Origin: Tubiluchus corallicola | Lineage: Eukaryota > Animalia > Priapulida | Length of the DNA: 64,000 bases | Reading direction: 5' to 3' | NCBI GenBank assembly: GCA_030141605.1 | Contig: JAQGDQ010000446.1 | Coordinates: forward strand, 62,001-126,000 | Shown: positions 1 through 12,326 of the stretch, in pieces | Layout: each line of letters opens with the position of its first letter | How positions within the stretch are numbered: the stretch's first letter is position 1 | The notes under the pieces: generated by a model | The model's database searches: none | What the model was told of the DNA's origin: nothing | The model's input: the letters and a program-made list of their open reading frames with translations, nothing else | Made by a program: the position numbers and the translations under genes

Positions 1-1
1 T

Positions 2-799
2 GATGGCAAGGGAGCAGTTGGAAGACCACACAACATTTTTAAACGATTAGCTAGAAGAGAGGCAATCAAAGGAGTTGTTGTGGCAGCTGGGTGTGGAACA
101 TGTGCAGCTGCTCTGCTTTTAATTTCCAAGTATTTTCAGAATCTTGGTTCTGCACCAACTAACACTTACAGAGTAGATTTAATAAAGACGATGCCACTAC
201 GAATTGCATTATCTATTATTGCTGCTGTGGTGGTTACTCTACCAATAATGTTTATCAGTACATTATGCAACATCATGACTAATGAACTGGATAATATAAC
301 ACAAGGCTTCGAACAAGTAGCTAAGAATCTCATCCGGCCACATTTCAAAATTAATCAAGAAGAAGGACATGAAGAATTACGAGATGAAAATAATAAGGAA
401 ATTGAAACAAGAAGCAGCGACATCTATTTTAAGGAAACTGAAACAAAAGGCAGCAGCATCTATTTTGCAGCTCAATCACTGCGGAGGAGGCACCAGTATG
501 TCACAAGTATAGTAGCTGAAACCGATGACATCTTCTCATCATATGTAATGCTCTTTTACATATGTTCAATGATTATACTTGCTTTGGAGTTGTACATGAT
601 GATTGACACTTTTCAAGGCGAAATTACGAACAAGGAAATTGCTAGGCTGTGCAGGATAATCATGTGGTTAGTCACTGAAACATGCAACGTGTTCATACTG
701 TCAACGTCAGCCGCTAAACTTAATGAGAAAGCGCATGCTCCGTTTCCATTAGTTTTCAATTTTACATCATCATATATGCCAACAGATGAGAAACTTGAG
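2..799 (+). CDS. Gustatory receptor-like (Gr/Grl, 7TM ion channel) gene 1, exon 1 (5' end outside window). Model 2-799, 2125-2214, 3224-3316
   Basis: Frame is open from base 2. Hydrophobic helices and the motifs ETDDIFS..Y and AKLNEKAHAP are shared with the three paralogs. Ends GAG|GT at phase 0. Confidence 0.88.
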
Positions 800-922
800 G
801 TATAATTTCTTGCATTAAGTATGTATAATATTAAGTATTAAGATAATATTAAGTGTAATTTTTTTCTGCATTAAAATTTATATAGCAGATGTTTAACAGC
901 CACTCTGTCGATCGGCTGGAGA

Positions 923-1352
923 TGTGAAAGTCATGTTTGAAGTTGTAGATCACTCACTGTGTTATGATTGAGTTTAGGCACAGAAGTATGAACAAGAATA
1001 AAAAATCTATAATACATATTTGCACTGCACACAACAGAAAAGTGTTTATTAAAACTACAGACACATGAGTAGCACGACTGCTGCACTGAACACTGAGAGC
1101 GAGAGTCCTGAACTGAACACTGAGAGTTAGAGTGACTAGAAAGCAAAACCAGTCAGTATATATAGGTATAGGTGACCTATACAGACTTGCACAGGCTTCA
1201 CAACAACCATTACTTTTAATGGGGAGAGAACCAGTGAATATGCATTCACTGGACCATACATTTATACTGGGGGTAAGTCAGCTGGTAGAATGTAACAGGA
1301 TTAGCCCATAGATGGCAGCACCTAATTATAATGTACAATTCCAACTTCCACA
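923..1352 (-). mobile_element. Solo LTR-like element, family A (TGT...ACA termini)
   Basis: TGTGAAAGT...ACTTCCACA. Reverse complement of 48008-48415. No clean TSD. Confidence 0.75.
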
Positions 1353-2124
1353 ATAGACATGGATTAGTGCAAAGATACTTGAGAGAAGACCGTAGGTCGG
1401 GAAAAATAAAAGAGATGGTTACTAATCAATGTTAGTTGCTTCATAGCTATACAAAAAGCTTTGTAGAACATACAACATAGAACATTTATTTTGTCCAATT
1501 AGTTTAACATCAAAAATGTTAAAATATTAAGTAATTATAGTCACGGAGCAAGGCAGGAAATGACCATAGGGTCATGTAGTCTCCTGCCCTTTCTTATAAA
1601 TAGATTAGTCTATTAAAAATTAAGGGTGATGCTGCAGATAGACATATAGACATCACATAATAACAAAAGCAAAAATATAAAAATAAACATAACAACAATA
1701 GCACAAGTGAAAAAAGAATAATAATAAATGAAGATTATGAATAAGTATCACAATAATTAGTTACGAATTAAATAAAATGATAATTTTGTATAAAATTTTT
1801 GTATAATTTTGTATAAAAATTTTATAAGCATGATGCAAATTTTGATTCTAAATTTCATACATCACTATCATAGTCATTAAAAAGCATGGTTTGATTCCCG
1901 AAAGATATTAAGACAACATAATTTATTTAATCACAAAATGTTTTCGAAAAGATAAGGCAAGAACGTGAATATAAAGTTAAGATAAAATTTAGAGTGGACG
2001 AGCACGAAAAACTATAATGTTAACTAGAGACCACAAATATCCTTTTTTCATAATTTTTCGATGCGAAGATAATTCGCAATAAGAAAAAGTGTAATTTGGT
2101 TTTATATGTTTTTTTTCTCTATAG

Positions 2125-2214
2125 ACGTTGTTGTTTGCTACTAAACTTACTGGACAAAGTGTTGGACTTACTGGCTACAAGTTCTTCACAATCAACAGAA
2201 ATTTTTGGACAACA
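2125..2214 (+). CDS. Gr-like gene 1, exon 2 (TLLFATKLTGQSVGLTGYKFFTINRNFWTT)
   Basis: Polypyrimidine tract plus TAG acceptor and GTAAGT donor. 90 nt, phase 0-0, homologous to exon 2 of the paralogs. Confidence 0.9.
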
Positions 2215-2337
2215 GTAAGTAAAGATATATAAAGATCTGTACATATTTCGGAACATCTGTATCAGTTATATTTTTGAACACTAGTTAGCAACATTATGAG
2301 TTTACTGCTATTATAACTTTAGTACTTGCTTTCTGGT

Positions 2338-2783
2338 TACTACGGCCATATCGCGTTGAAAACACCGGTTCTCGTCTGATCACCGAAGTTAAGCAACGTA
2401 GAGCCTGCTTAGTACTTGGATGTGTGACCGCCTAGGAATACCAGGTGCTGTAGGCTTGTGGGATACCCACACTGTATCTTCGTACTAGGCGGAGGAGCTG
2501 CACAAGTAGTCAACGGCTAGAGGGCGGAGGAGGTCAAGTGACCCAACGGCCATGTGTAGAGGAATAAACCTTCCAAATCTTCCAACAGTAAACGTTCCTG
2601 TTGTCTGGGCAACTCAGGATCTCCATACACCTTGTCTAGGCATGCGCCCTGGAGAGGCCATTCTTGTGGTTCAAAGATCGGACTGCTCAGCCACAGTCGA
2701 CGCTGCAGCTCCATCAATGTGATCTATAACTGACTCTCTTGGCGCACACTCCATTGTCTTCAGAGACAGAAGGATGCCAACCA
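2338..2783 (+). mobile_element. 5S rRNA-derived SINE (SINE3 type) with RTE-like tail, in intron 2 of Gr-like gene 1
   Basis: About 120 nt of 5S-like head (TACGGCCATA...GTGCTGTAGGCTT) with no oligo-T terminator. Body shared with 45335-45923. The tail encodes CGSKIGLLSHSRRC and ends GAAGGATGCCAAC. Confidence 0.85.
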
Positions 2784-2864
2784 CAGATTTACACGATGCA
2801 CGCTATCTTCTAACTTTAATAACTTTTAACAATTTTTACTTTTCGGTAAGAATACTTCTCTACA

Positions 2865-3131
2865 CAGGGCCTATTTCAGGGGGGTAAGTGGGGATACTTC
2901 CCCAGGGCCTCACCCTCCAGGGGGGCCTCGCGCTGAGGTAACATTTTTTTGCTTTATGCGAACATTCAATTGTTCTTTTCCTTAACAACTGTATAACTTC
3001 ATCTTTTCTCTTCAAAAATACTTCTCCGCGTTCTAGCAGTTCAAAAATTTTCTGGAGCTTCGCCCCCCCCCCCCGTCGGGGCTTCACACGCCCCACTTCC
3101 CCGGGCCTCGCTTAGGCTGAAATAGGCCTTG
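2865..3131. mobile_element. hAT-type MITE, family 1
   Basis: TIR CAGGGCCTATTTCAG, 8-bp TSD TCTCTACA. Confidence 0.88.
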
Positions 3132-3223
3132 TCTCTACAAGCTGGTCAAATTTATGCTGTAAATGTATTAATATAACTTGAAACGAGGCCGGGTGTTTCT
3201 TGATTTCATTTTGTTCATTTCAG

Positions 3224-3316
3224 GTTATTGGAGTCTTTGTTACATACTTTGTGCTGCTGCTACAATTTAAACCAAACATCTGGCAACATCACCTACTTGT
3301 GCAGGAGGAACTCTGA
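3224..3316 (+). CDS. Gr-like gene 1, exon 3 (VIGVFVTYFVLLLQFKPNIWQHHLLVQEEL*)
   Basis: TTTCAG acceptor, TYhhhhhQF motif diagnostic of Gr/Grl TM7, TGA stop. Confidence 0.9.
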   Translation, partial: VIGVFVTYFVLLLQFKPNIWQHHLLVQEEL

Positions 3317-4806
3317 TTATCAAATAAGGCAATTGCGACAATCATTGGTGTCTTACAATGAGACGATTTTGTTTAAAATAATTCTTTCGACATCTTAATT
3401 CGGATTAATCACGGAGTAAAACAGACTTTGCATTCTTTGTGTTACCCGTTTATTTCATAAGTTCATAACTTTTTTTGTTAGCACGTTCTTGAAGGATTTA
3501 TTCACGAAACCAATTAATGATCCTATAATGTTTGCTAGTTTTACAACATTAATTTTAGCAACATGCTTATCGGACTACTCCTGAAAGTTATAAAAAGCAT
3601 CTGTTCATGATGGATTTTTGGTTTGAAACGGTTTCATAATATATATATAGATATATATATATATTAATATATTAATTCTTTATTTGTCATTAAAATGGTT
3701 CACTCATTATAATAAAATTGAGTAAGCCTCAGCGTAATGTTAAGATTACAACACTGTTCAAGACAAATACGTCCAGTGCAGACAAAGAAAAACTGAAGTG
3801 CAAAACTAAGGCCTAATTATATACAATAAATGAACATATTTACAAACACAACATTAAAATATTGTTACATAACAACATTACAAAAGTACATTAAATTTTA
3901 CATGACATGTTTCACACTATATATACATTTCAGATGACACAATTAACAGAAACATGCTTTACATTACATAAATTTCACTCATTACATTTATACTATTTAT
4001 ACATTTGACATTACAAAACTAACATAACACGTATTAGATTACATAATTTTTTTAAAAAAATTCATTTTTAATCGTTTTATGGAGTCAGGCGCGATTATAC
4101 ATCTCTCTAATATAATCATTAGTGCAAAGGTTTAATGTGTATTGTGCATATTTTACTACTACTTTTTAGTCATCATATTTGAGCATCGTTGTCAATTGCT
4201 TAGGAACATGGGATCTAGTGTTGTCTTACTGTGTATTAGACACCATCTTTTTTATGTTTATTGTAGTATGGCAAACTCAGCAGCAAAATAATTTCCAACC
4301 AAATAACTGGTTTTTAACAAAAGTGTAATTTTATTTTGCTATAGTATTGTTTTCATTAATTTCATTATAATTTCATTGTTAGTAACAATTTAATGCTGAT
4401 CAATCATTACAGTGTGTGTTTCGTTTACATTTAAAAATGGTCTGTATTGTTCTGATGTTCAATCCATTGATCAATGCTTAATATGTTATCACCAAGAAAA
4501 CACTGATTTTCAATAAAATCATTCACAATAAATGATATTTTATCAACATTGTGCAAATACAATGTTTTGTCAAAAATAATTAGCCGCTCTTTAATCTCTA
4601 CTGGCTGGTAAAACTTCGAATAAACGTTCCCGACTTACAACTCGCCCCCTCTTCAGACCAGAAATCAAATTAACATTATAAGTAAAACGCAATTAGGGCA
4701 AAGGGCCTCATCGGGGTAAATTCTCCCTCACGCCAAGAGAGGACACTAATATGGGTGGTACTGTGAAAGCTCATCAACAGGTAAAAAGGTCACCCATATT
4801 AGTGAT

Positions 4807-5157
4807 GTTTAGTTTAGTTTAGTTTAGTTTAGTTTAGTTTAGTTTAGTTTAGTTTAGTTTAGTTTAGTTTAGTTTAGTTTAGTTTAGTTTAGTTTAGTTT
4901 AGTTTAGTTTAGTTTAGTTTAGTTTAGTTTAGTTTAGTTTAGTTTAGTTTAGTTTAGTTTAGTTTAGTTTAGTTTAGTTTAGTTTAGTTTAGTTTAGTTT
5001 AGTTTAGTTTAGTTTAGTTTAGTTTAGTTTAGTTTAGTTTAGTTTAGTTTAGTTTAGTTTAGTTTAGTTTAGTTTAGTTTAGTTTAGTTTAGTTTAGTTT
5101 AGTTTAGTTTAGTTTAGTTTAGTTTAGTTTAGTTTAGTTTAGTTTAGTTTAGTTTAG

Positions 5158-5186
<29 letters not shown>
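4807..5186. repeat. (TTTAG)n microsatellite, about 76 units
   Basis: Perfect pentamer run. Confidence 0.98.
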
Positions 5187-5188
<2 letters not shown>

Positions 5189-5670
5189 ACATTTGTCATG
5201 ACAAAATAATATATAAATATGGTGAAAATACAAAATACCAAATTAAAAGAAAACAAGCATATAAATAATAAAGGTGATTATTGGGGCTGTCCAAAAAGAA
5301 AACATGTAAAGGTCAGGCCCAAATAGAAAAGTGCAAGAATAAAAGGTGGGTAACGGGAGGAAAAGGAGTATGAAAAGTGAAGGATATGAAGATGTAATAT
5401 GAAAGTGAGCAAAAAATAAAAATAAAAAATCAGATTCACATGAGAATGACATAAAAATGTAATAAATACAAATAATTCAAATGTGACATGCACACAGTTG
5501 AGATCTCATGTAAGAATTTCGCCATTCTTTTTATAAATGTTTGATTTACTATTCTGAGGAATCCACGAAAGTTACGACACGTGTTATATTGTGGTTGCAA
5601 TTGTCTATAATATTTAAATGTTGTCTGTTTGTCGGAAAAAAATTGCCATTCACTTAACAATTTTTGCACT
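5187..5670 (-). mobile_element. LINE 3' end fragment with a (CTAAA)n tail
   Basis: Minus-strand AATAAA runs directly into the microsatellite. Stem-loop near 5283-5320 and a decayed ORF at 5436-5669. Confidence 0.45.
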
Positions 5671-5782
5671 TAACTGCAGTGACACAGGGGTAAAGGCCTC
5701 TGTCTACAAGACAGAACGCCTCCAGAGGCATTATGCCCCATTGTAATTATTTATTTCATGCCAGAAATGACATTTGTATGTA

Positions 5783-5884
5783 GCAGACGGTTTAGTCTAG
5801 TGATAATGCGTCTGCTTTCCGTCTGGGAGGTCGTGAGTTCGAACCAGCGGCCCGGTCATACCAAAGACTTTAAAAATGGTACTC
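5783..5884 (+). mobile_element. tRNA-derived SINE fragment (V-SINE-like)
   Basis: A-box-like and B-box (GAGTTCGAACC) motifs followed by GGTCATACCAAAGACTTTAAAAATGGTAC, which I recall as the start of the V-domain. Confidence 0.65.
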
Positions 5885-5925
5885 TTTGAGCTAATGTTAA
5901 TTGTTGACCCAAAAGCCGACTTTAA

Positions 5926-5966
<41 letters not shown>

Positions 5967-7014
5967 GCTATAACGTAAGTGCGCACAGTGGTACAAACTT
6001 ATACAGAGCATCAATAAACCCTTTCGTTCTTTTGAACACCAAAGTTCTCATAAATATATATTTTTAGTACATTAACATTATCAATTTTGTTAGTTCCAAG
6101 AACCAAAGTTATTAAAATTTCTGTGTTAGAAAAATTTTTGAAATAATAGGTGAGCTGTTTATGCCTAAATCAAATCATTTGTTTGTTAAAAAAACGTAAA
6201 TATGTTTGTAGTATATGTATGTCACAAGCAAAATGTGAAAAAGATACTGCCTAGGAATTTTGCAAAAACAAACTACGAAAATTTTATTAAGCAGCATTTC
6301 ATCTCGGTCATGCAATTCAGACCAAGTCTGTTCATATCATCCAGGAGGTTCCAAACCACAAGTTTTCATAATGACTCCCAATTTTTAATTTCTCACGTAA
6401 AATTTAGAAAAGCCAACCAATTTTTGCGGATTTGTCCTGTACTCAAAGCTAATTATGACAGCATATTAATAATTACTGTATGGAAGACTTCTTATATTTT
6501 TCTGTTTGCTTGTTAAATCTCTTTGACTTCGCTAAATCTGTAAGATGGTGAAATATGGCACTTAAAACATTCTAAACAGTGATGCAAACTTTACTTCTGT
6601 AATTAGATGTCATTGGCGTAGTTTGTTATATTGTTAATTGTCATTTGTGTTATTGTTGTGTTTCATGATTTATTGTATTATTTGTATTAATTTGTGATGT
6701 GTATATAAACTTTGTGAAGTTTGAAATAAAATATTAAATCTAATCTAAATCTAATATTATAATATACTGGCACAAGCGTACCTCAAGGTTTTATTGACTA
6801 TAATAATATCAACAGTGACTTTTTTGGCTGCTAAATCTGCCTGTTTCGGCTTTGGCTGTTGACATTAAAAAGAGCAACATGCTGACTAACAAATAAATGC
6901 AAGCAACCTGTAATTGAAATAATCGTCGATTTTCTGGTATGAGCTTGCTTGGAAATACACATATATAAACAAACTGTCATGCATAATTTGACAGCTTTGA
7001 AATACACATATATA

Positions 7015-7381
7015 AACAAACTGTCATGCATAATTTGACAATGTACAAAATGCACGTTACCTGGTTAACTACAACGAACGCAATTAAATGACAGAAAATG
7101 TTAGTTGATACTACACACAAAATACCTCAACAGACAAATGTGTCTTAAATTGAGTGCAGCAATGGCGAAGTTGCATGCCGTCTCAAAATTGTCTTTTCTT
7201 CGATCAGGTTTTTGCGTATCTTAGAATATTACCACAATAATGCTGTGTTGTTAGAATATAGAAATTGTGGCAACATCCAGCAAAATTATTTTGAGAATTT
7301 CCAAGCAGCATTGCAGGTTGAAGTTTTATCAAAGTCACGTATCCATCATTCAGAGTAGAAAGGTAATGCTCAATAATAAAG
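7015..7381 (+). pseudogene. Relic upstream region and first codons of a fifth Gr-like paralog
   Basis: Aligns by eye with 8285-8640 up to ATGCTCAATAATAAAG versus ATGTGCAACAATAAAG, then is cut by a repeat element. Confidence 0.65.
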
Positions 7382-7738
7382 CGCACCCCGGAGGGTGAGT
7401 CAGCGACATTTTACCAATTGGCACGAGCATTTTAACTTATTGTTTCCAATTACATAAGTCTTTCCAGCAGGTAAGCGAAATGCTGAGTAATACAGATTTG
7501 CACGGAAAGTTTTTTGGGTCATAATTTAACATTGCCTTTTCTTCCCCTGATTTACGTGGTTTAGTGACGTCATGTAATGGTGCCGTCGGAACAGTATTGC
7601 GGGAGATTTACAATGAAATCAAACGAAAATTCCTTTCAGCGCGAATACTATATGTGCATAAAATTGCTGTAAAGTAGCATAATTTTTTAAGGCGATTTTT
7701 CTGAAACCCACTTCAGGTGGTCCTTTTCTTGTCCTTAA
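7378..7738. mobile_element. Unclassified dispersed element of about 360 bp (possibly Kolobok-like)
   Basis: Reverse complement occurs at 16559-16660 plus 17129-17388, split by the piggyBac MITE. One end reads TTAAAGGACAAG. Confidence 0.65.
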
Positions 7739-7764
7739 AACGTCAATATTATAGTATCTAACAT

Positions 7765-7921
7765 AATGCATAATTTGACAGCTTTGAAATACACATATAT
7801 ACACAAACTGTCATGCATAATTTGACAGCTTTGAAATACACATATATAAACAAACTGTCATGCATAATTTGACAGCTTTGAAATACACATATATAAACAA
7901 ACTGTCATGCATAATTTGACA
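7765..7921. repeat. 47-bp tandem repeat, about 3 copies (2 more at 6952-7039)
   Basis: Unit AAACTGTCATGCATAATTTGACAGCTTTGAAATACACATATATAAAC. Confidence 0.9.
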
Positions 7922-8606
7922 ATGTACAAAATGCACGTTACCTGGTTAACTACAACGAACGCAATTAAATGAGAGAAAATGTTAGTTGATACTACACACA
8001 AAATACCTCAACAGACAAATGTGTCTTAAATTGAGCGCAGCAATGCGCTCTTCACAGAGTTCTGGCTTTTATTTCTTATTAGAGTAACTTTTGCAGCAGC
8101 TTTTCTGTCTGTTAAATCTTTTGTTCAAAATCTAGCCTAAGAAAGGTGAAACGAATTTTGGGCTAAATGTCCGTACTTTAGGCAGTTGACAGAAAAAACA
8201 ACATGCTATCCAATAACTGATTGTAGTGCTATGTATCTAAAACAATCATCCATTTTCTTGGACGAGTTTGCACGAATACCAAAATCATACAAACTATCAC
8301 GCACAATTTGCAATGACCAACATACAAATGGCTTTGTTAATTGCAATGAACGTATCCGTAAATGGGCGAAAATGTTAGTCAATACTGCACACAACATGTT
8401 CTAATAGACATACGTATCATATATTGAGTGCAGTATTGGTGAAGTTGCACATTATCTCAAGTTTGTCTTTCGTTCGGCTTTTGTGTATCTCGGGAAATTG
8501 TCAACATTAGTGTTGCGTTGTAGAAGATAAGAATTATGACAACATCCTAGAAAATACTTTTGAGAATATTCAAGGGTACAGGTTTTATCAGATTCACGCA
8601 TAAATT

Positions 8607-9773
8607 ATGTGGAGTAGAAAAGTAATGTGCAACAATAAAGTACAAATGGCACGTGGAGCCAATGACGTTAAACCAAAATATGGCAAATCACCATCTTTTT
8701 ACGAGGCAATTAGGCCACTAATTTGGATAATGAAAATGTGTTCATTATGGCCACCTTTTGAGATGCCAAATCACCGTGGGAATCAGTACAAAACATTCTG
8801 CAACCTGTTTAATATTATGCTCATACTTGTGTTCATTTTAAGCATACCCTTAACGATTTACCTTCATTACCGTGCATTGCTTTCTCTTTACCCAAACATC
8901 GACATAGGAAGTTTATTGTTCACCAGCTTAAGCTGGCTTATTTTCTACGTTCAAGCAGTTTTTACTGTAGTATATTTCTACTGCCGTACGAAAATTTTGT
9001 CAAGATACCAAAGTGCATGGCAAATGTTATTTGAAACTGACGACGATAATGAACCTGTTATAATAAATACAAAGAAAACTTTTCACGTTTCCCGACAAGA
9101 AGCTATCAAAAGCACTACTTCTCTTTTTGTGTACTTTGCATTAGTAGTAGTACTAATGATTTCAAGCAATGTCTTACAAAAAAGATACAATAAATCCAAT
9201 GAACTGGACCAGAGCCTAACACTGTATGCGTTCTTAACAATTTGTATTTGCAGTTACATATTTTTGATATTATTTGCCACTGTGTCTTTTCTTGTCGTGG
9301 TATGTAAAATCATTAGTACAGAGCTGGAAAAAGTTAACATTGATATCAAGAAGGTGGCGACTGAGCTATCTAAAAACAAAAATCCGGAGCGTGATAAGTT
9401 GCCAGTTCCGAAGCAAGCTAACAATGAACAGTTTGCTAAATTGCACAAGCTGAAAAAGAAACATCAATTCTTATCTAACCTCATAGCTGAGACTGACGAG
9501 TTGTTTTCACCTTATATTGGATTTCTTTACACATCCTCTATGACTTCACTGTGTCTGATGGCATACATGATAGTAGGTACATACGAAGCAGCCAAGTCGA
9601 TCCGCGAAACACTATTGTTGATACTGGCATTAAGCCATTGGATCATCCTGGAAACCAGAAATATGGCAGAGTTGTCATTGGTAGCTTCTGGCCTTAACGA
9701 GAAAGCCCATGCACCATTGCTGGTCATGTTCGATCTCGTTTTGCTGGATCTTCCACCCAACGAAAAATCTGAG
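8607..9773 (+). CDS. Gr-like gene 2, exon 1. Model 8607-9773, 10098-10187, 10849-10956 (about 454 aa; alternative ATG at 8625)
   Basis: 393-aa ORF with N-terminal FYEAIRPLIWIMKMCSLWP, multiple TM segments and LNEKAHAP. GAG|GTAAGA donor. Confidence 0.92.
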
Positions 9774-10097
9774 GTAAGAAATAGATAACAGCCATATTCA
9801 ATCTAAATGAAAGTTTTTATAAGTAGCAATTATTTAAAAACAACAAGAAAACGGCAAAAAATATCTAAATTCTGGAACTAGTACATATTGTTGTCATGGG
9901 GCATTACGTATAATTGAATTTCCACAACTTGGATAGTGGATACAGAACTTTATTGTTTTCAAAAAATTCTTGCCCATGTTGTTGAGTGGGCCAACTAAAA
10001 AAAGTAAATGAGATTTCATCACAATAGAGATATTTGTTAATCAAGATATTGGTGTGTTTATCTGCTTAATTATTAAAAATTGTTTTTTTTCAAACAG

Positions 10098-10187
10098 ATA
10101 CAATTATTTGCAACGAAACTATGCAGTCTCAAAATCGGCCTTACTGGATACAGATTTTTCATGATAAACCGTAGCTTTATCCTCACG
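10098..10187 (+). CDS. Gr-like gene 2, exon 2 (IQLFATKLCSLKIGLTGYRFFMINRSFILT)
   Basis: CAG acceptor after a T-run, GTAGGT donor, 90 nt. Confidence 0.9.
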
Positions 10188-10848
10188 GTAGGTCAATCAT
10201 CGCTAAAATGTTGGTATGATTTTATAATGCTTAGCAGTGTTAAAAATAAACCCTCTTGTTTGTAGAAGAGCTGATAATCGCAATTTTGCTTTTTCATTTT
10301 TAGATTTTTAAAAACACTTTATTTTCATTTTCATTATTACTATATTGCATTTTGTCCGCATTTTTAAACATATTTTAAGAATATGATAAAGTTAATATCT
10401 TTAGTGCTAAAAGGTGCACTCACCTTTGTCCATATTTAATAAAAAATTAGTTACTGGAAAAGAAGATTTAGAGAAAGTAGAGCAGCTTGTTACTTTAACT
10501 CAGCTGTAATTACAACATAGGTACGTCATCAACATCAAGTGTGTGAAGAGTTGCTGCTAGCTGTAATGGTAGTTGAAATAATCGTTTGACTTATTAGCCT
10601 AATTTGAAACCATAGCAACGTATTACCTAGATGTCGGATTTTGCTTCAAACGTACTAAAGGGAGCCTTAAAACAAGCATTGTGTGCATGAGAAAGGCAAG
10701 ACTACGATGCAAGTAAGGAGTAAGCCATACTTTTTAAAAAGGTGACTTAAAGTAAAACAATGGCAGTGACTTTTTTCAGATTCTAGTTCCAGAAGATGAC
10801 TGATGCGCTTTAGTTTAATTAAATTTTGTTTTTGTGTTTTTTTTTTAG

Positions 10849-10956
10849 ATAATTGGTGTTTTTCTAACATACTTCATCTTGCTCGTGCAGTTCAAACCAA
10901 GAATGTTTGTGCAATCCATGATGGCACAAAATTCAAGTTTTCTGAATAATTCCTAA
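10849..10956 (+). CDS. Gr-like gene 2, exon 3 (IIGVFLTYFILLVQFKPRMFVQSMMAQNSSFLNNS*)
   Basis: T-rich TAG acceptor, TYFILLVQF motif, TAA stop. Confidence 0.9.
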   Translation: MIGVFLTYFILLVQFKPRMFVQSMMAQNSSFLNNS

Positions 10957-12326
10957 ATTTCAATTTATACTACAAAATTTAGATGATTTGACTGGTGTTG
11001 AAGAAGATTTGTCTTGTAGTACTATCAAATATAAGTGTACATAAATAAATGTTGTATGGAAAAGAATGAAGAGTGCAGAATAAATCTAGTAATACTTGAA
11101 AATCAGCAGTTGGCACCTTAAATTAACTTCGCACAAAACTTTGTTTTAGATATTTGAAATATTCTAACTATGTGTAGTGCTTAATGTTGCACTAAATTTC
11201 TGCTGCTGCACTTTACAAGCCAGTAGCAATTAATGCTTACGTAAAATTGTATGAATTAATTCGGAAGAGTAATTTGAAACATTAATGTAACGTTCAAATA
11301 TCAGTATATACTTCGCCTTGAATTTTACATCGTGTAAGTCTTACCATACGCATTACATGTAGTTGATGTTAATAGCTGTACAAAATTCGACTGCATTACC
11401 TCCCGACTTACCTCCCAATGGTGACGACTAGTAGATGTAGCCTAATTTCAAGGGTCAATCCAATCATTTAATACATCAACACTTTGTAAAAGGTAGGCAA
11501 AAACCCAGCAGTATGCTAACACAATTTTGATGAACAAAATTACATTATTTCCAAAATAAATTGAATACGTTTTTACTTAAGCTACTAACGCGAACTGAGA
11601 TCGTGGAGCACAGCTTTATGATTGTTTTTCAAAAAACAGGTAAGAAAACTGTCTGCCAACGTTCTTGTGCTCAAAACTAATCATAAATATATATGAAAAA
11701 TTACTGTATTGAAGATTTCTTGTTTTTCCTGTTTGCTTAATTGTTAGATTTGTTATATGTGTCAGATGGTGAAATATTGAACTTAAAACTTTAATATCAT
11801 AATACATTGTCACGAACACATCTCTGGGTTTTATTAGTTATTAGAATAACTTTTGCAGCAGCTTTCCTGTTTGTTAAATTTTTTGTTCAAAGCGTAGCAT
11901 GAGAAAGGTGGAAATCATGAATTTTGGGCTAAACATCTCTACTTCAGAAAGTCGAAAGGAAAAAATAATACACTGACACAGTGATATACCAGGGTAAATA
12001 ACAATACTTACCCTGTTATATTACAATGCAACATCAAGTGTGAATAAAGATGATATACATGTATATAAGGTAATATTTTTGTTACCAAAACGTGCACTCA
12101 GCTTTGTTTTTAATGACCAAAAAATATTTACTAAAAAAAGAAATTTCAAAGAAGGTTGAAAATTATATTTTTAGTATTTTGTCGATGTTCACGGTAGTTC
12201 CTAGCTAGAGGTAAATAAAGGCAAAGAGCCAATAGTTAAAATATCATGATGCAAGTACTTATTTACAACAGTTATACAATGTTAGACGACATGTTGAAAT
12301 ACAATAACAAATGTGTTAGACACCAT

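Noticed and set aside
2338-2457. Functional 5S rRNA gene (also 45335-45453)
   Set aside because: Both copies carry substitutions, lack an oligo-T terminator and continue into a shared SINE body and tail; one has a TSD.
4807-5186. Interstitial telomere
   Set aside because: The unit is TTTAG rather than TTAGG or TTAGGG, and it follows a minus-strand AATAAA like a LINE tail.
5783-5860. tRNA gene
   Set aside because: No clean cloverleaf or acceptor stem; it runs into a SINE body motif.
10304-10378. Alternative last exon for Gr-like gene 2 (IFKNTLFSFSLLLYC...)
   Set aside because: Good acceptor but no TY/QF motif; the canonical exon is at 10849-10956.
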